DNA from: Massalongia carnosa
Lineage: Eukaryota
Direction of reading: 5' to 3'
DNA: 64,000 nt
Assembly (NCBI GenBank): GCA_965645245.1
Contig: OZ287070.1
Coordinates: 1,178,001 to 1,242,000 of the forward strand
The notes under the pieces are model-generated. The model did no database searches and was not told the origin of the DNA. It saw nothing but the letters and a program-made list of their open reading frames with translations. The position numbers and the translations under genes are program-made. Of the stretch, positions 27,651-40,200 are shown in pieces; the first letter of the stretch is position 1; each line of letters opens with the position of its first letter.

Positions 27651-30500
27651 TCAATCACGCTCGGAATCGTCCCCTCCGTCTAGGTTGAACTTTTTACGGC
27701 CCGAGCCAGCCAATTTTTGCAGCGCAACCTTGTTAGCCTGATTTCCAACTTTGTTTTGCATCTGTTCTATCTCCTTTTCCGGATCCAGCGCATCTTCAGC
27801 GGCGAACTCTAATACCAGCCTCCTTCCCAATAGATGGGTATCTTTTAAAGCTCCTATAGCGTTCTCGGCTTCTCTTGCGGTCACGAATTCTGCAAATGCA
27901 AAACCTCGTGTTGAGCTATCGAATTTCTTAGGCATACGTACAGACCGTAGTTTTCCGTACGAGCCAAACAAGGCTCGAATGTCTTTTTTCGATGCTTCGA
28001 AAGGTAGATTCTTGATAATAATCTTGGTCCTCCTGCCTGCAATTTTCTTTGCTTCATCAATTTTACGTCGATCTTCCGCAGCACACACACCTTTATGAGA
28101 CGCTCTAATAAGGAGGTTGTGCCCATCAAGCTTATATCCATCCATAGCCGCCAACGCCGCTTGTGCTTGCTGCTTAGATCGGAACTCAAGAAACCCAAAT
28201 CCCATGCTTAGGAACTGTCCAGATTTCTTCGGATCCGGTTTCATCTTAACTTTGGCAGACATGAAGCCATCCAGAGATTCGAAGGCCTCACGCAGCCGTT
28301 CCGTGGTGCTCAAAAAACTGAGATTTCGGACGAAGAGCGTTGACGTATCTACCGTGCCATGCGAATCATCCACCTCAAGCAAATCGCTAGACAAAACCTT
28401 TGCACGTTGGGAGCTCTCTAACTGAACCTCTCCTGTGGCCGTTCGAGATTCTGTACTATTAAGTAAAAGTTTTGGCGCCTTCTCTAGTAGTAATACAGAG
28501 TCCTTGAACTTTCTATAAGCAAGACTTCGAAAAGCTGATCGTGCATGCTCCGCATTTTCAAACTGCACAATGGAGATAGTACCAGCAGGAGGCATGAGCA
28601 CTCTAAGAACGTTACCGTGGACTTCAAACAACTTTTTCAGTTCCTCAGATTTAGTGCCATAAGCAAAGTTTTTGACAAGAATTGCGGTGTCGCCCCTCTC
28701 TCCGTTTTTGAAAGCATCCAAATTAACACCATTAGTGGTAAAATATGCTTTTGTCTCTTGGATAATATGTGTTTCTGCATGAGCTTGCTTTATTGCAGCA
28801 TTAGAGGACATAGGATCTAGCAGTTCTGACTTGGAGATACCAAGCCGATCTGAAATGGAAGACATGACAGCGTCGGCCTTCATGTAGGCTGTCAGAGACA
28901 TCCTCTAGACATGGTCGTAGGATGTCTACAACTTACGTTCATATACAGCGAATTCCATTTGAACGTAGCTGATGCAGCTTCCGCTTTTCGTTTGATATGC
29001 TGTTGTTTCTTCAGAGGCAATTTAGCAATAGCGAACTCATCTAATACACTCTGCTTTCTTGCAAGAGCAGGAATGATATGCAACAAACGGCCTTGGAATG
29101 GTTTTCCGTCTAGGATTTGGAGAGCATTATTTGCCGATTCTATATCAGGGTATTGAACGTAGGCAAATCCTTTACCATTTCCCGTTCGTGAATCTACAGC
29201 AAGGTGCACCTAACAACAATCAGTATTGACACTTTTGTAAGAACAAAGCAAAAATTTATACGCAGCATGGAACAGGTCATCTCAGGTAAAAGAAGCATCT
29301 ACTAAAACACTCTTCCTGTTAACATCATATGCATACATAAGCTGTCCCTATCAGGATATTCATCATTGACCAAATCGTAAACTTGTAGCATTTCTGGGGG
29401 AAAATTCATCCTGCTTACTTCTACGATAGAATTCGGCTCAGCACCCTCGAAATGCCTCCTTAGGTCTTCCTCCGTAGTTGTGTATGATAGATTTCGTACA
29501 AAAAGGCGTCTAGACGCTGCGCTGAGTTCGTTGCTGATATCTAAGGGTGTATTTGGTATGGACTCTCTCGTAACTTCAGTCCTTTCGTCGGTCTGAGAAC
29601 TAGGATCTAGAAGTCTTCCGTTGAGCAATCTGGTAGCGTTTATGGACCCCTCGGATATCTCCACCTTGTCTCTTGTAAGCTCATTTGCTGACACCAGGAT
29701 ATCTTTATCTTCGACTAGCCCTAACAACCTGTTGGTACGTGAACGCAACCAGTCTTCGTCTGATGAGCGTGGGCCCGCAACCTCTGGCGTTTCAATTTTC
29801 TCCGCAGGAGATGGAGTAATGCTGGCAGAGATATCTAAAGTTTGGGGCGATATCTCAACTTCCTCAAAAGGCTCGCTGTCTTCCTTAAACATGCGAGATT
29901 TTTGGGGCTTTTTGGGTACAAACTCATACTCTTCGTCCTTTTGGATTTCCTCGACTCTCTGAGGAGCAGGGCTTAAAGGATGATCGTTCTTAGTCTTGCT
30001 TCGTGCCAAATCTTCATTTGCCCATATCCTAGATTTTGATGGTGGTTGCATAACCTCAAGATACTCTTGAAGCTTAGCATTTTCACCCTTCAAATCGACC
30101 CGCTTGCGCTTTCCCAGGCTAGATTTCTCTAGACCATGATCAGCAACGACCGACGGCGCTTCACTTCCCCCATTGTCTGGTAATGGCTTCAAGGTTCTCT
30201 GTTCGTTAACCTTTACGGGAGGGTTTATTAGAATGTATATTACGGTCATATTAGAATTACCTCAGACATTACCGGGCGAGCCACCTCGACTTCTATTCTC
30301 GTTGTTCGAATAAAGGTCTTGTTATAGTATTTGACAGCCTTTGCGGCATCTTCAGGGCTTTTGAAACCAACATATCCTATCCGTCTGTGAGGTATACATT
30401 TGGCGTCTGTGATCACTGCTTGCTTTGAGAAATGCTTTCGAAACTCGTCAGACGTTAGATTAGGAGGTAGACCGCGGACAAAAATCCTCGAAGATTCCAT
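27651..30500 (-). CDS. MRD1: Multiple RNA-binding domain protein 1 (five RRMs, pre-rRNA processing; 4 exons)
   Basis: SRIFVRGLP..RRIGYVGF; RLFVRNLSY; DGKPFQGRLLHI; WNSLYMN-ADAV; QAHAETHIIQE; LSMGFGFLEF; KIIIKNLPFEA; HLLGRRLVLEFA. Confidence 0.96.
29275..29371 (-). ncRNA. Intronic box C/D snoRNA, snR64/SNORD74-like
   Basis: Inside MRD1 intron 29210-29418: terminal stem GGTCA/TGACC, box C ATGATGA (29366-29360), guide GATAGGGACAG followed by D' CTTA, C' ATGATG, box D CTGA (29285-29282). The guide is complementary to LSU rRNA CUGUCCCUAUC (rRNA sequence recalled, not searched). Confidence 0.85.
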
Positions 30501-30779
30501 ACTTGAGTGCGATTGATTGCGTCTTTGTTCTTGATGTTGCGCAAACGCGGTTTACACAAAATAACAGAAAAAATTTCCGTGCATACGAAAATGGAAAAAA
30601 CCTTCTTCCTGAACGCGCTAGCTCCCTTCGATTACGGAAAGCTAATAAACGCTAGCTCCAGGCCTCCGAGCTCTGAGTTCTTCCCCACGCACAATACCGA
30701 GCTTAAACCTTTCTTATCAATCCGGATCGCTTCACTACCAAGCTTCATGTCAACATCCAACGCTCCGGCCCCGGCAAAG

Positions 30780-31654
30780 ATGGCGACGGAAAAGAAAGAG
30801 AAGCTCGATGGTGAGCCTAAACCCCCGCAACCCCCGCAACCCCCGCAACCCCCTCCCCCTTCCCTACACTATGCATACTAACCTTACCCTAGCACAGATC
30901 AAATCTGCAGACATGGTACCTACATCTTTCCGAAGCACAAACTCCCAGTCACTCGCTCAAGCGCACCATCTCTGACTGTTTCACTTTCCCCCAAGGCTGA
31001 AGAAATGCAACAGCAAGCCATTGAAGTTGGTATGAGGCGCTGCTTTCCCCCGGCGCTCCCCTATTTCCAGACAGTGCAGCGTTCGCTGACGAATTTGTGG
31101 GTTCGCGCAGCATCGGAGGCGATGGAGAAGTACAGCATCGAAAAGGTACGGAGAGCAAACACGACACGCGCATGATGCATGCCCCGAGCTCCTTTTTATT
31201 TATAGGAACGCCTTCAAAGCTGACTCCGCCGGCGACATAGGATATAGCACAATTTATCAAACGAGAGGTATGCCCTATAACCTTGCTATTATTCTTCCCT
31301 CTCCCACCCGACCCCATCCTACAAGTTACATCCCGGATCCAGTCCCTTCTCCCTTTCTCGCAATCCTAGACTGGGCGGCTAACACCACGTTTCGCTCGTT
31401 CTCCGAGATATAGTTCGACTCGAGAGCAGGAGCAACATGGCACTGCATAGTCGGCCGGAATTTTGGAAGTTTTGTCACACATGGTAATGTTGAACCCTCC
31501 CCACACCGGCCGTATCCACCCCTTCTTTCTTATTCAATTTCCAGCAAAGTGAACCCTTTACCTAACATCCTTCTCCGTTGTCGCTGCAGAAACGAAACAT
31601 TTCATCTACTTCTACCTCGGCCATTGTGCCATCCTTCTCTTTAAAACCCAATAG
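30780..31654 (+). CDS. DYN2: Cytoplasmic dynein light chain LC8 (Dyn2/NudG; 7 exons, absent from ORF track)
   Basis: Spliced [94 protein letters not shown]. Confidence 0.95.
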
Positions 31655-32085
31655 CCCTTGTCTCCTCCTCTACCGACCTACTCGCGAGGGGCGGGTCTAT
31701 AATGATCAATGATCTTTCAGCGACCAAAACAAGGGTTGCTAAGCTGTATTTGAGTGCGATGTTGCCTATTTTATGTAAGAGAAATGTGGAAACTAAAAGA
31801 ATCTTACCTTTACTTATTTACCACTTTTCACATTTGGAGCGCAGCGGAGGATATAAGGATCACCGAGGCGGAACGATTCGGATGTCAGTTTTCGCATGTT
31901 CCAATATCATGGGCTTGCAGCTTGAGTATAAAGAACGGGAATCTTTCGTATTGTTTTGAACTGGGCAGGTAGCTTATGAGTATCCATGTGTTATCATCAT
32001 TTTGGACGTAGATTGGAAGGAAATGATATCAAACAGCGTAGATCATATACTCGTTACAAGCATCTGGCAAAACCCCATCTCAAAT

Positions 32086-34461
32086 CTAAGACACATGGGT
32101 CACTTCTCCCCCACCAACCTCCCTCATCCCCTTTGCCCCCGAACCCCGACCCTTCTCTCCCTCATCTTCCTCCTCCACCACAGCAACAATTCCTCTTCCC
32201 CCTCGTCCCATCAAATCTCTCCAGATCCCCAGAAACGTATGTGAAATGCTCCCCCTCCCCTCCCAGAGCGGAAACAACCCTACACAAAAGGCGCTGCCAA
32301 ACAGCCATAGTATTCCCACAACCACCCAGCCCGTAAAGAAGCGCTTGCTAAAAACGTAAGCCGTGCCATAGAGGGGCATGGGCCAAAGGATCAGCAGAGC
32401 TAACGTTAAGAATGCTGTAAGGGATTTGGCGATGAGGGAGGCGTGGGCGAGGGCGGCTTGGTCGAGGTTATTAGTGGTGGAAGGGGGTGAGTTGATGATA
32501 GGGTTGGTGGGTAAGGCGTTCATAGATGGGGAAGGAGATTCTTTAGATATGGGAGACGAGAGCTCCGGGTCGGAGGAGGGGAGAAGTTCGGAGTCGTTGG
32601 CGAGGCGAATTTTGGCCATGGAGGCGTAGTCATAGGATTGTGGGCCGAAGGCGTACGTGAGGATGGGGATATAGAGAAGAGGAGAAAGAAGAGCAACAAC
32701 GTTGCCGGCTAGCATAGGGTTGCTGTAGGTAGCAAGATGCAGGGTTAGCTTGAAGGTTGAGCTTTGGATCTTTTTAAAAGGACTGAATGGAGACGGCCGT
32801 GCGAAACGAGGTTACGGTGACTTACTTGCTGCCGGTGCTGTTGACGGAAAGGCTCCCGAATTGCCTCTTTGCGGTTACAAGCCAGGCGGTGAGAGAGCTT
32901 GCAAGACCAAGGATGGGGGAGAGGGTGGCAGCAATGGTGTTTTGCTTGCTCCACATTAGGGTTAGAGTGGCTGGGAGGACTGCGGAGCTGATGATGACGC
33001 CCATCATTAAGTATAGATAGCCCATTGAGATGCCGATATCTTCAGTTTTAATGGTTATTAGCAGTGTTTAGGAGTTCACGGATTGAGCCAAGGATTTACA
33101 GTATAAGCCCGTAGAGAAGGCAGCTAGCAATATGGCATACACCACAACGCAGGTGTGGGCCATGTATATAAGCATTTTGCCGCTGGCTCTCGGGTTGTAA
33201 TATGTCTGGTATATATCGTAGGTAAAAATACTGCTGACAGCAATGTATTCCGCTGAACTAGCTGAAGTGACGGCCATGAAGACGAGCAACAACGATGCAA
33301 CGGCGCCACCCTTGCCGAGAAGAGCCACTGCAGCATCGGGAAGGACAAGGCCAGCGGTGACGTCTACATCCGGCATACGTAAAGGGAAGGTTGGGAACAC
33401 CGGATTCGTCTCCAAGGCTAGAGCGGAAAGACCCATAGTTGTAGCTGTAAGCCAGGGAATCGCAAACCAGCTGAGGCCCCCCATTACGTATCCTGGGAGA
33501 GCATGGATTGGGCTTGCTGCGATGGCTTTATTGTAATAGCCTAAAGATATTGACATCAGTGCGTGAACATGGTGATGATGGGGAAGGACTGACCGTTGTC
33601 ACAAAAGACAGTACCAAAATTACCCACAATATTGATAACAAAAAATATGGCTCCTTCCTTTGATCTCATAGTGAGATAGCTGCCTTCTGCATTCCCTTTC
33701 ACCGGGTGCCTTTTCCCTGCTTCAACTAAAAGATCGTAGACTTTGCCTGGACTTCCCAGGTTTACGTTCGTCGTGTAGGCCGTGAATGCAAATATCAAGA
33801 TGATGATGAGCAGCATAACAGTATGAACTATAGCACGTCAGCTTTATGGAAGATACTGTTACTGTAATAAATACGCGCCATAGTCGGTAAGAAAAGTTGC
33901 CTTGATACCCCCGAAAATCGTATACATCACCACTCCCACCGGTAGCAAGAAACAAGCTGCCGCAGTAGGCATACCGGTCAAAGAATTCACCACAGCAGAT
34001 CCACCGGTAAGCAGCATAGCCGTCACAAGGATGTTCGTCATCAAACCAAAGACGCTGAATACGAGATGCGTATAGACCCCGTAGCGCGCCCTGATGACCT
34101 CAAGAAACGTATGCGCATTCGGGGCCTTCCGCTTCAACTCGATGGCCAACGTCGCGAACAGCAAGATCTGTACCGTGGCGCCAGAAGCATACCAGAACGG
34201 ACCCGAGACTCCATAGCGATAGGCGACGCCGGATGACTGGAGGAGCGTGGCCGCCCAGGTCCATGAGGATACGACAGCCGAAGCTACTAACCCTGACTTG
34301 ACCGTTCTCCCGGCTGTACTGAACATTTCCGAGGTTTGCACCTCATTTTGGTATCTCTTGAGAACCCAGGTAGTGAGGATCATCCCAAACGCGAAGAGGA
34401 ACCCAAGGCCAAGAACTACACCATAACCCACACCTTGGCTCAATGGTGGTTTCAATGCCAT
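32086..34461 (-). CDS. DUR3: Urea active transporter (DUR3/UreA, sodium:solute symporter family; 5 exons)
   Basis: [94 protein letters not shown]. First intron is GC-AG. Confidence 0.96.
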
Positions 34462-34668
34462 CTCGTGCAGTTGACCTAGAAATGCAAATATAGAGTTGAA
34501 GTGGACGTAATGAAGGAAGAGACGTCTTTAGAAGGTTAAGACGCTTTGTGGAACCGTATATGCAGACTCTCCCTAGTAGAAACAGAGACGCAGGAGCCCA
34601 GCCGGCACGATTCTCAACGGCAAGGAGACACGATTAAAAGGAAAACACAACTAGTTTTAACAACTCTC

Positions 34669-34867
34669 CTTATCGACTTGTTAAGATATGTGGTACGACA
34701 GGAGAGCTTTCCCCGGGATACCCCACGCCTTCCACCCCCCTCAGCTTTACACATCCCCCCCGACGTAGCACCCAAACGTAAGGACGTTGCGGTAAGAAAC
34801 AACCCAAGCTTTTCTCGTAATGGTAATCGATCGGATTGGATCATGCATCTTTATCATCAGTGATAAG
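34669..34867. promoter_or_regulatory. GATA (AreA/Nit2-type) sites upstream of DUR3
   Basis: CTTATC 34669-34674, TTATCA 34851-34856 and TGATAAG 34861-34867 (close opposed pair). Fits known nitrogen regulation of urea transporters. Confidence 0.55.
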
Positions 34868-35443
34868 GGAAAGTTGTGTAGTACAGTATATGCTTGTAGA
34901 TCGGAATCCAGAACCTGACGGGAAGTAACGCTTTGGTGGCATACTTGGCATACCCGAGCACACCCCATGCATATGCATTCCAAACACTCAAGACTCGCCA
35001 GAAAGCCAAAGTCTTTGATGATCATATCAGGCAAAACTTATATAGAGATTTCAGAATCATCATGAGTCCGTAATCGAAAATCTATAGCACTATTATTAAT
35101 ATCAGCCTAGCGAAATAGAAATACAATACAGTACGATACGAGCACACCCCTTGATGCCCATTGCTGGGACAACTGTATCCCTATAGAGAGGTCATTCGCC
35201 TTGTTTCCAACCAATGAAGCCTGAAAATAAGCAGACATAGCCACTCAGAGCCTGAAAAAGCCCGCTGAGCTTCTGCCATACCCATTAGCCTAACCATATA
35301 CCTAATGGTGACTCCCAATTCTTCAAGCTCCATTCCCTACGACCATGCCCTCCCACGAATCTTCTACCTCGACCTTATAGCTCCCAGCTTTATGCAACTA
35401 TTTTATTTGTACTGCGGTCCGCCCCCCGGACCGGCATATCCCC

Positions 35444-36173
35444 CTAGGGGGGCCCCTGTCCGGGACCCTTCCCACCGCCAGTACCTTGAATGAGGTTTCC
35501 AGCACCCGGATGCTGTGATTGGATATCCGGCCGCATACTGTTGGCCGTCCTCGCGATTAGCGACAGTCTCGTCATAGTTTGGCTGCTTCGGTAAAGCGAG
35601 TAAGTTGGGGGACTAAGTGTCAGCCCACCTTAGGTCTTGTGTGAAATGGCAGATCGGGCATGTCACTTCCTGCAAAGGCTGAATTAGCAGCGTTTGCTCA
35701 CACCGAACTCTTTGCGCTGAATAGCAGGATGATGTAGATCTACCTTGTACTTATGAGTCGAAAGAGGGATCAAGGGCTGGGGTATATACAGAATTAGCGA
35801 CTTCGTTCATGATTGAAACCCAAAAGCTGCAGGACAATCATACCAAAAAGCAGATCGTAAAAAAAGGCCTAAGATTCTCCTCCATTAGCGCTCATCCTTG
35901 TACATTGACTTGTCCATAACCGCTCCATACTCACCACCGCGTAATGCAATGCGCCGACCAATTCCCGCCTACTCTTACCATTAGCAATCTCTCTTCCATC
36001 GATGCATAAGCGCGCAAAACATTCAGTTGTTGCATTGTGCTGTGACGCCTTCGTAGCCTTTAAGCTGGGAGCTGAAGTCTATGCATAGGTTAGTCTTGAT
36101 GCCAAAAAGCCCAACTTCAAACCTTAAAAGGGAAAGAATTACCATGAGTGCCAAAGGTGATACAGAAAAACAT
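35444..36173 (-). CDS. Small zinc-ribbon membrane-associated protein (UPF0768 / zinc_ribbon_15-like), 7 exons, absent from ORF track
   Basis: Exons 36143-36173, 36025-36078, 35935-35968, 35844-35868, 35744-35776, 35629-35669, 35444-35537 give MFFCITFGTHDFSSQLKGYEGVTAQCNNCGNWSAHCITRWPFFTICFLPLIPLSTHKYKEVTCPICHFTQDLSMRPDI..GQGPP* (103 aa; CxxC-hydrophobic-CxxC). Needs a GA donor at intron 2. Confidence 0.8.
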
Positions 36174-37189
36174 CACAAACGTTGAGCTTAGAGCAGGACT
36201 AATTAACTCGAAGGAGGGAGACCGAGGAGGATTATTCCGAATATCGATAGCTTTTTTTATGAAGGGAAACGGCGGCAATGCTGAATGACACGCAATCAGG
36301 GTTCGTACTCACGTGCACCAGTTCATGCAGGTAGTTAGGCTAAATTAAGCGTGCATAACAAAAATACACATTTTCTTAATGCACGGACTTGACGCCACGG
36401 CAGGAAGTCAGCGTCAGATTCAACATCTTGAAAATAGTATGATCTTCGTGTAGCGAACGGGAGGGTATAAACCCTAAACCCACAACAACTTTAGATTCTC
36501 GAAATCCATCCAACATAAAAGCAGGGGGTGAAGGCCGCAACACCCCCTTTGTTACCTTAGCTACCTAAATTACCTAAGGGGGAGCAGATATTTTCTGGAG
36601 CCTTCAGATGTCACTGCACTGCTTTATCCGATCACGTTATTTAGGAGGGAGTGTTGGAATGCATCGTTTCGCTTGCGAAGTAAGCAAGTACTTACAGTTC
36701 GGACGTAGAAGTAGAGTTCGAGAAGCTGTTGCACCGGTAGAATCCGCCTCTAGGCAGTAACGACCTCGATATAAGGAATACCGGGACTAAATATGTTTGG
36801 GAGCAATTCACACTTTGTAGAAATTTGATCATAGAAAGCCAGTCTCGTACGCAAAGTATCTCTAGATAGGAATGCAAACGCACTTTCCTACCTCTTCTGT
36901 GCAAAAAGCTCATAGCAATAAAAAAATAGTACTACCCGTATGATTAACATACTGTCACACGTACCAAAGAAACTCTCTGCCTCAAAGGGTGTTTTAAACT
37001 TTTTTGGGGTTTTTGGGTTTCTATAAAATGCTAGCTAAGATGTAGGTGTAGTACGGGCTGCAGAGTACGCGCCAGCGAGGGCTCCCTACAAGAGGTGGAC
37101 CTTGCCGGGAGGATTTGCTCTACTCTGCAGCCCGCAAAGAAGAAAATAACAAGGAGCAAAACAGCAAAAAAATAAAAAAGAAAAAAGAA

Positions 37190-37191
37190 AA

Positions 37192-37223
<32 letters not shown>

Positions 37224-37229
37224 AAAGAA
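37190..37229 (+). repeat. (GAAA)n microsatellite in an A-rich tract just 3' of the large minus-strand gene
   Basis: Visible AAAGAAAGAAAG... run. Confidence 0.85.
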
Positions 37230-37230
37230 A

Positions 37231-40200
37231 CTAGAGACTAGAAAAAACAACGTAAAAAACCACACAGATAGCCGCAGCCAGAAGACCACAGCACACCCCC
37301 CCCACCACAAACGCCAGCTTCTTCTCCTCCCCCCCAAACCCGTCGATCTCCCCCTCCGTATGCCACGCCACGATGCCGTCCATTAAGCCGGCACCGAGGA
37401 CAATGAGCATTGGGAAGCCCACGATTGAGAGGGCGAGCCCAGCCACCCAACGCCGCCCCAGGGAGCGCTGCCACTCCCGCGCTTGCTCGTAGTCCAGGCG
37501 AGGGACTCTGAGCAAGTGCGGCGACTCGGCGCGCGCAACCGGGAACGGCCTTGACCGTGGCTGGGCCACTGGGCGCGAGAGGCAGACGGAGACCGGGCGG
37601 GGAAGGTCGGAGTAAGCATCCACTGCCGTGTGTACGGCAGAGGACAGGTCCACCAGCTCAAAAAGTCCAGCATCAGTGTCGGAGCGGGAGCGGGCTCGCA
37701 AGTTCCCGGCGGGAGGACTAACAGGGGCGGCCCTTACGAAGTGGTGCTCCTCTGGCCCCATGTTGATGACCTGATCCCCACTCGCATTGCGCCGGCGTGG
37801 TGATCGTTTGCGGACCTGGTGTCCGGGAGTGTTGGGCGCAATGAGAGGGGTTGCCCGAGAACCCAAGCCGAAAGAAGCAGGTGAGGCAAGACCGGTAGAT
37901 GAAGATGACCCTCCCTTTGTAATAAGCTCTAGCGGCACGGAACGGCGGTTTTCTTCGCTAAGTGGAGGTTCAGGAAACGCAGGAAGGAGCTGGTGGTCGA
38001 CAAGGTGTTGACGGTGTTTTCGAATCTCGGGTGAAAGTTTGTGCTGAGATTGAGCCAAGAGCAGAGATTCATGCTCTTCGCCGAAGAGATTGATGTCACG
38101 GCTGATAGGATACTTCCGGAGGCGTTCGTTCAGTGCTTGGCTCGAAGCTTGAGATTCCTTTGGATCCATGCTACCATGGATCGTGCGTCTCTGAAGTTTC
38201 TTTGCTGAATGTGAGGCAGGGTGTTTTCGAGGTGATGGTGTTTGAAGCAGAGCGGAGTTTTCGCCTTGTGATGATCGGTGGAAAAGTGATGATGGCTGGC
38301 TAAGTGGCGAAGGTTGGCCAAAAGGTGAAAAAGCTGAAGGTTGTGAAGGTTGTGAAGGTTGTGAAGGTTGTGAAGGTTGTGAAGGTTGTAAAGGCTGGTG
38401 ATAGGGTGAAGCGGGTGAAGGTTGGTGATAAGGTGAAGAGGGTAAAGGTTGATGAAAGGGTGAAGGTTGGTTAAAGGACGAGGTTGGACCAAAAGGTGAA
38501 TTTGCCGTAACGAGACTACTTGCATCGGCGAGGCTACTCCCCATTTGACGCGCTCCTGTACTAGAATCAGGAGTGCCGGTTAGATTAGCCCTAGAGCCTA
38601 ATCTGGCGATCTTGGAGAAGCGTCCGCTGCGGAGATAGCTCTCAATTTCAGTCTCGTTAGAATCAGCTGCAGCCGGCCGTCCATCAAGAGTACTCAACCA
38701 CGCCGATGATAGATAGGAACGTTGTTTTCTACCACCGTTACCACTACGATTTAATATTTCTTCACGTCTATCTTCTTCAGTCTCTCGATTTCCAAGTGCG
38801 AATATGTTAGCCCGAGATAATGGGGAAGTTCCTTCTTCGTTATTCGACGTGTCTCGTGCCTTACCGTGACCTGAACTTGGTGATCCTAGAGTCAAACGTG
38901 ACGATCTGTCGGACAGCGGAGAGACAAGCGCTGAGGTTCGCAGAGGCATTGACAACGTGAATGGATTAACATATTCAGCAGACAATGGCGATGGATGTTT
39001 GTGAGAGCTACCTCGGGTGATTACGGGCTTCGACGCTTTGCTAGGACGCAAGTATACCTCGCTAGGTGTCTCACAATCAGGTCTTAGCATCATGTTTCCA
39101 CTCAGACGATTCTGAAGCAATTTCCAGGTATGTGTATATCGAGGATGATTGAGCTGTGGAAGCACAGGTTCCGCTGATGATACTCTAGTCATCTTCGAGG
39201 GGCTCAGGCTTCCAGAATCGGAATTGTCCGCAAGACTACTCCCGGTGCCTGCCTGAGCGATAGCGTCCAGCACGATCTTCCGGTTGAAACTTATACTATT
39301 GGCTTCCGTCTCCCAGTCCCGATCATCCTCGCCCTCCCCGGCTGGAGCGAGGCGGCTGCTGTTGCTTTTGAGCTTTGATGCTGAAAGAATTTGAGCTAAC
39401 CGACCATTGCTTCTGGACCCACTTAAGGTTGACTTAAATGAAGGTTCTTCGCTCATATTCACCCTACCTCTCCCATACAAAAGAGGTGGGGTACCACTAC
39501 GATACCGTGATGGGCGATGTTCATCCTCATCCTCGTCATAAAATCCCAGTCGAGCTTCACGACCAGAAATAGCTTCGCGATAGTCACGGCCGCGCCGAGA
39601 GGAGTGTAACTCAAGACCGAAAAAGGACGAGCCTTGGCTGCTTGTGCGGCCTACTTCTTCAGCCCGAGTATCAGATTGCGAATAAGACATTATTAGACGG
39701 CCGGCGGGCTCTAGTCCATCGCCTTCTACATCACCTTGCATATGGGCTTCGATATCATCCTCAATCTCTCGGACCTCAGATTGTGACAAAGTCTGAGAAT
39801 AGATCGAACCATCGGTGTCCACTATGGAAAGGCGAGCAACATTGCGGGTCAGATTCTGCCTAGAAGCATGACTGGAAGGCAGCCCCAACAAGTTGCTTAT
39901 GTTTCCATAAGGTGCAGTGTCCTGGGAATTCTGCTCCAAGGTTGATGCTTTGTCTCGAATAATTCGACGAGCTTGTATCTGTGATGGCAATGATGGGAAG
40001 GGAATGTTTGGTGGCCCTGTCAAAATTTGTGCCGAGCTGTCGACTACTGCCTCTGCCTCAAAACTACCACGTGGACTCCAGGCAAATTGAGATAAACTTG
40101 AAACATGCTCGGGATGACTGGTACTTCCATCTTGAGTATCAATAGCGTGCAAAATTTTGTTGAATGGCTGAACCTGGACTTCAGAGCCATCAATGTTCAT

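Noticed and set aside
35414..35470. GC-rich hairpins/palindromes (CGGTCCG..CGGACCG, CCCCTAGGGG)
   Set aside because: Explained by Gly/Pro codons in the last exon of the zinc-ribbon gene.
36023..36025. In-frame TGA at a Cys position (CNN-TGA) suggesting selenocysteine
   Set aside because: The TGA spans an exon-intron boundary. The downstream frame is recovered only by removing 56 nt, and Dikarya lack Sec machinery.
36467..36482. TAAACCCTAAACCC telomere-like motif
   Set aside because: Only two imperfect units and no supporting structure.
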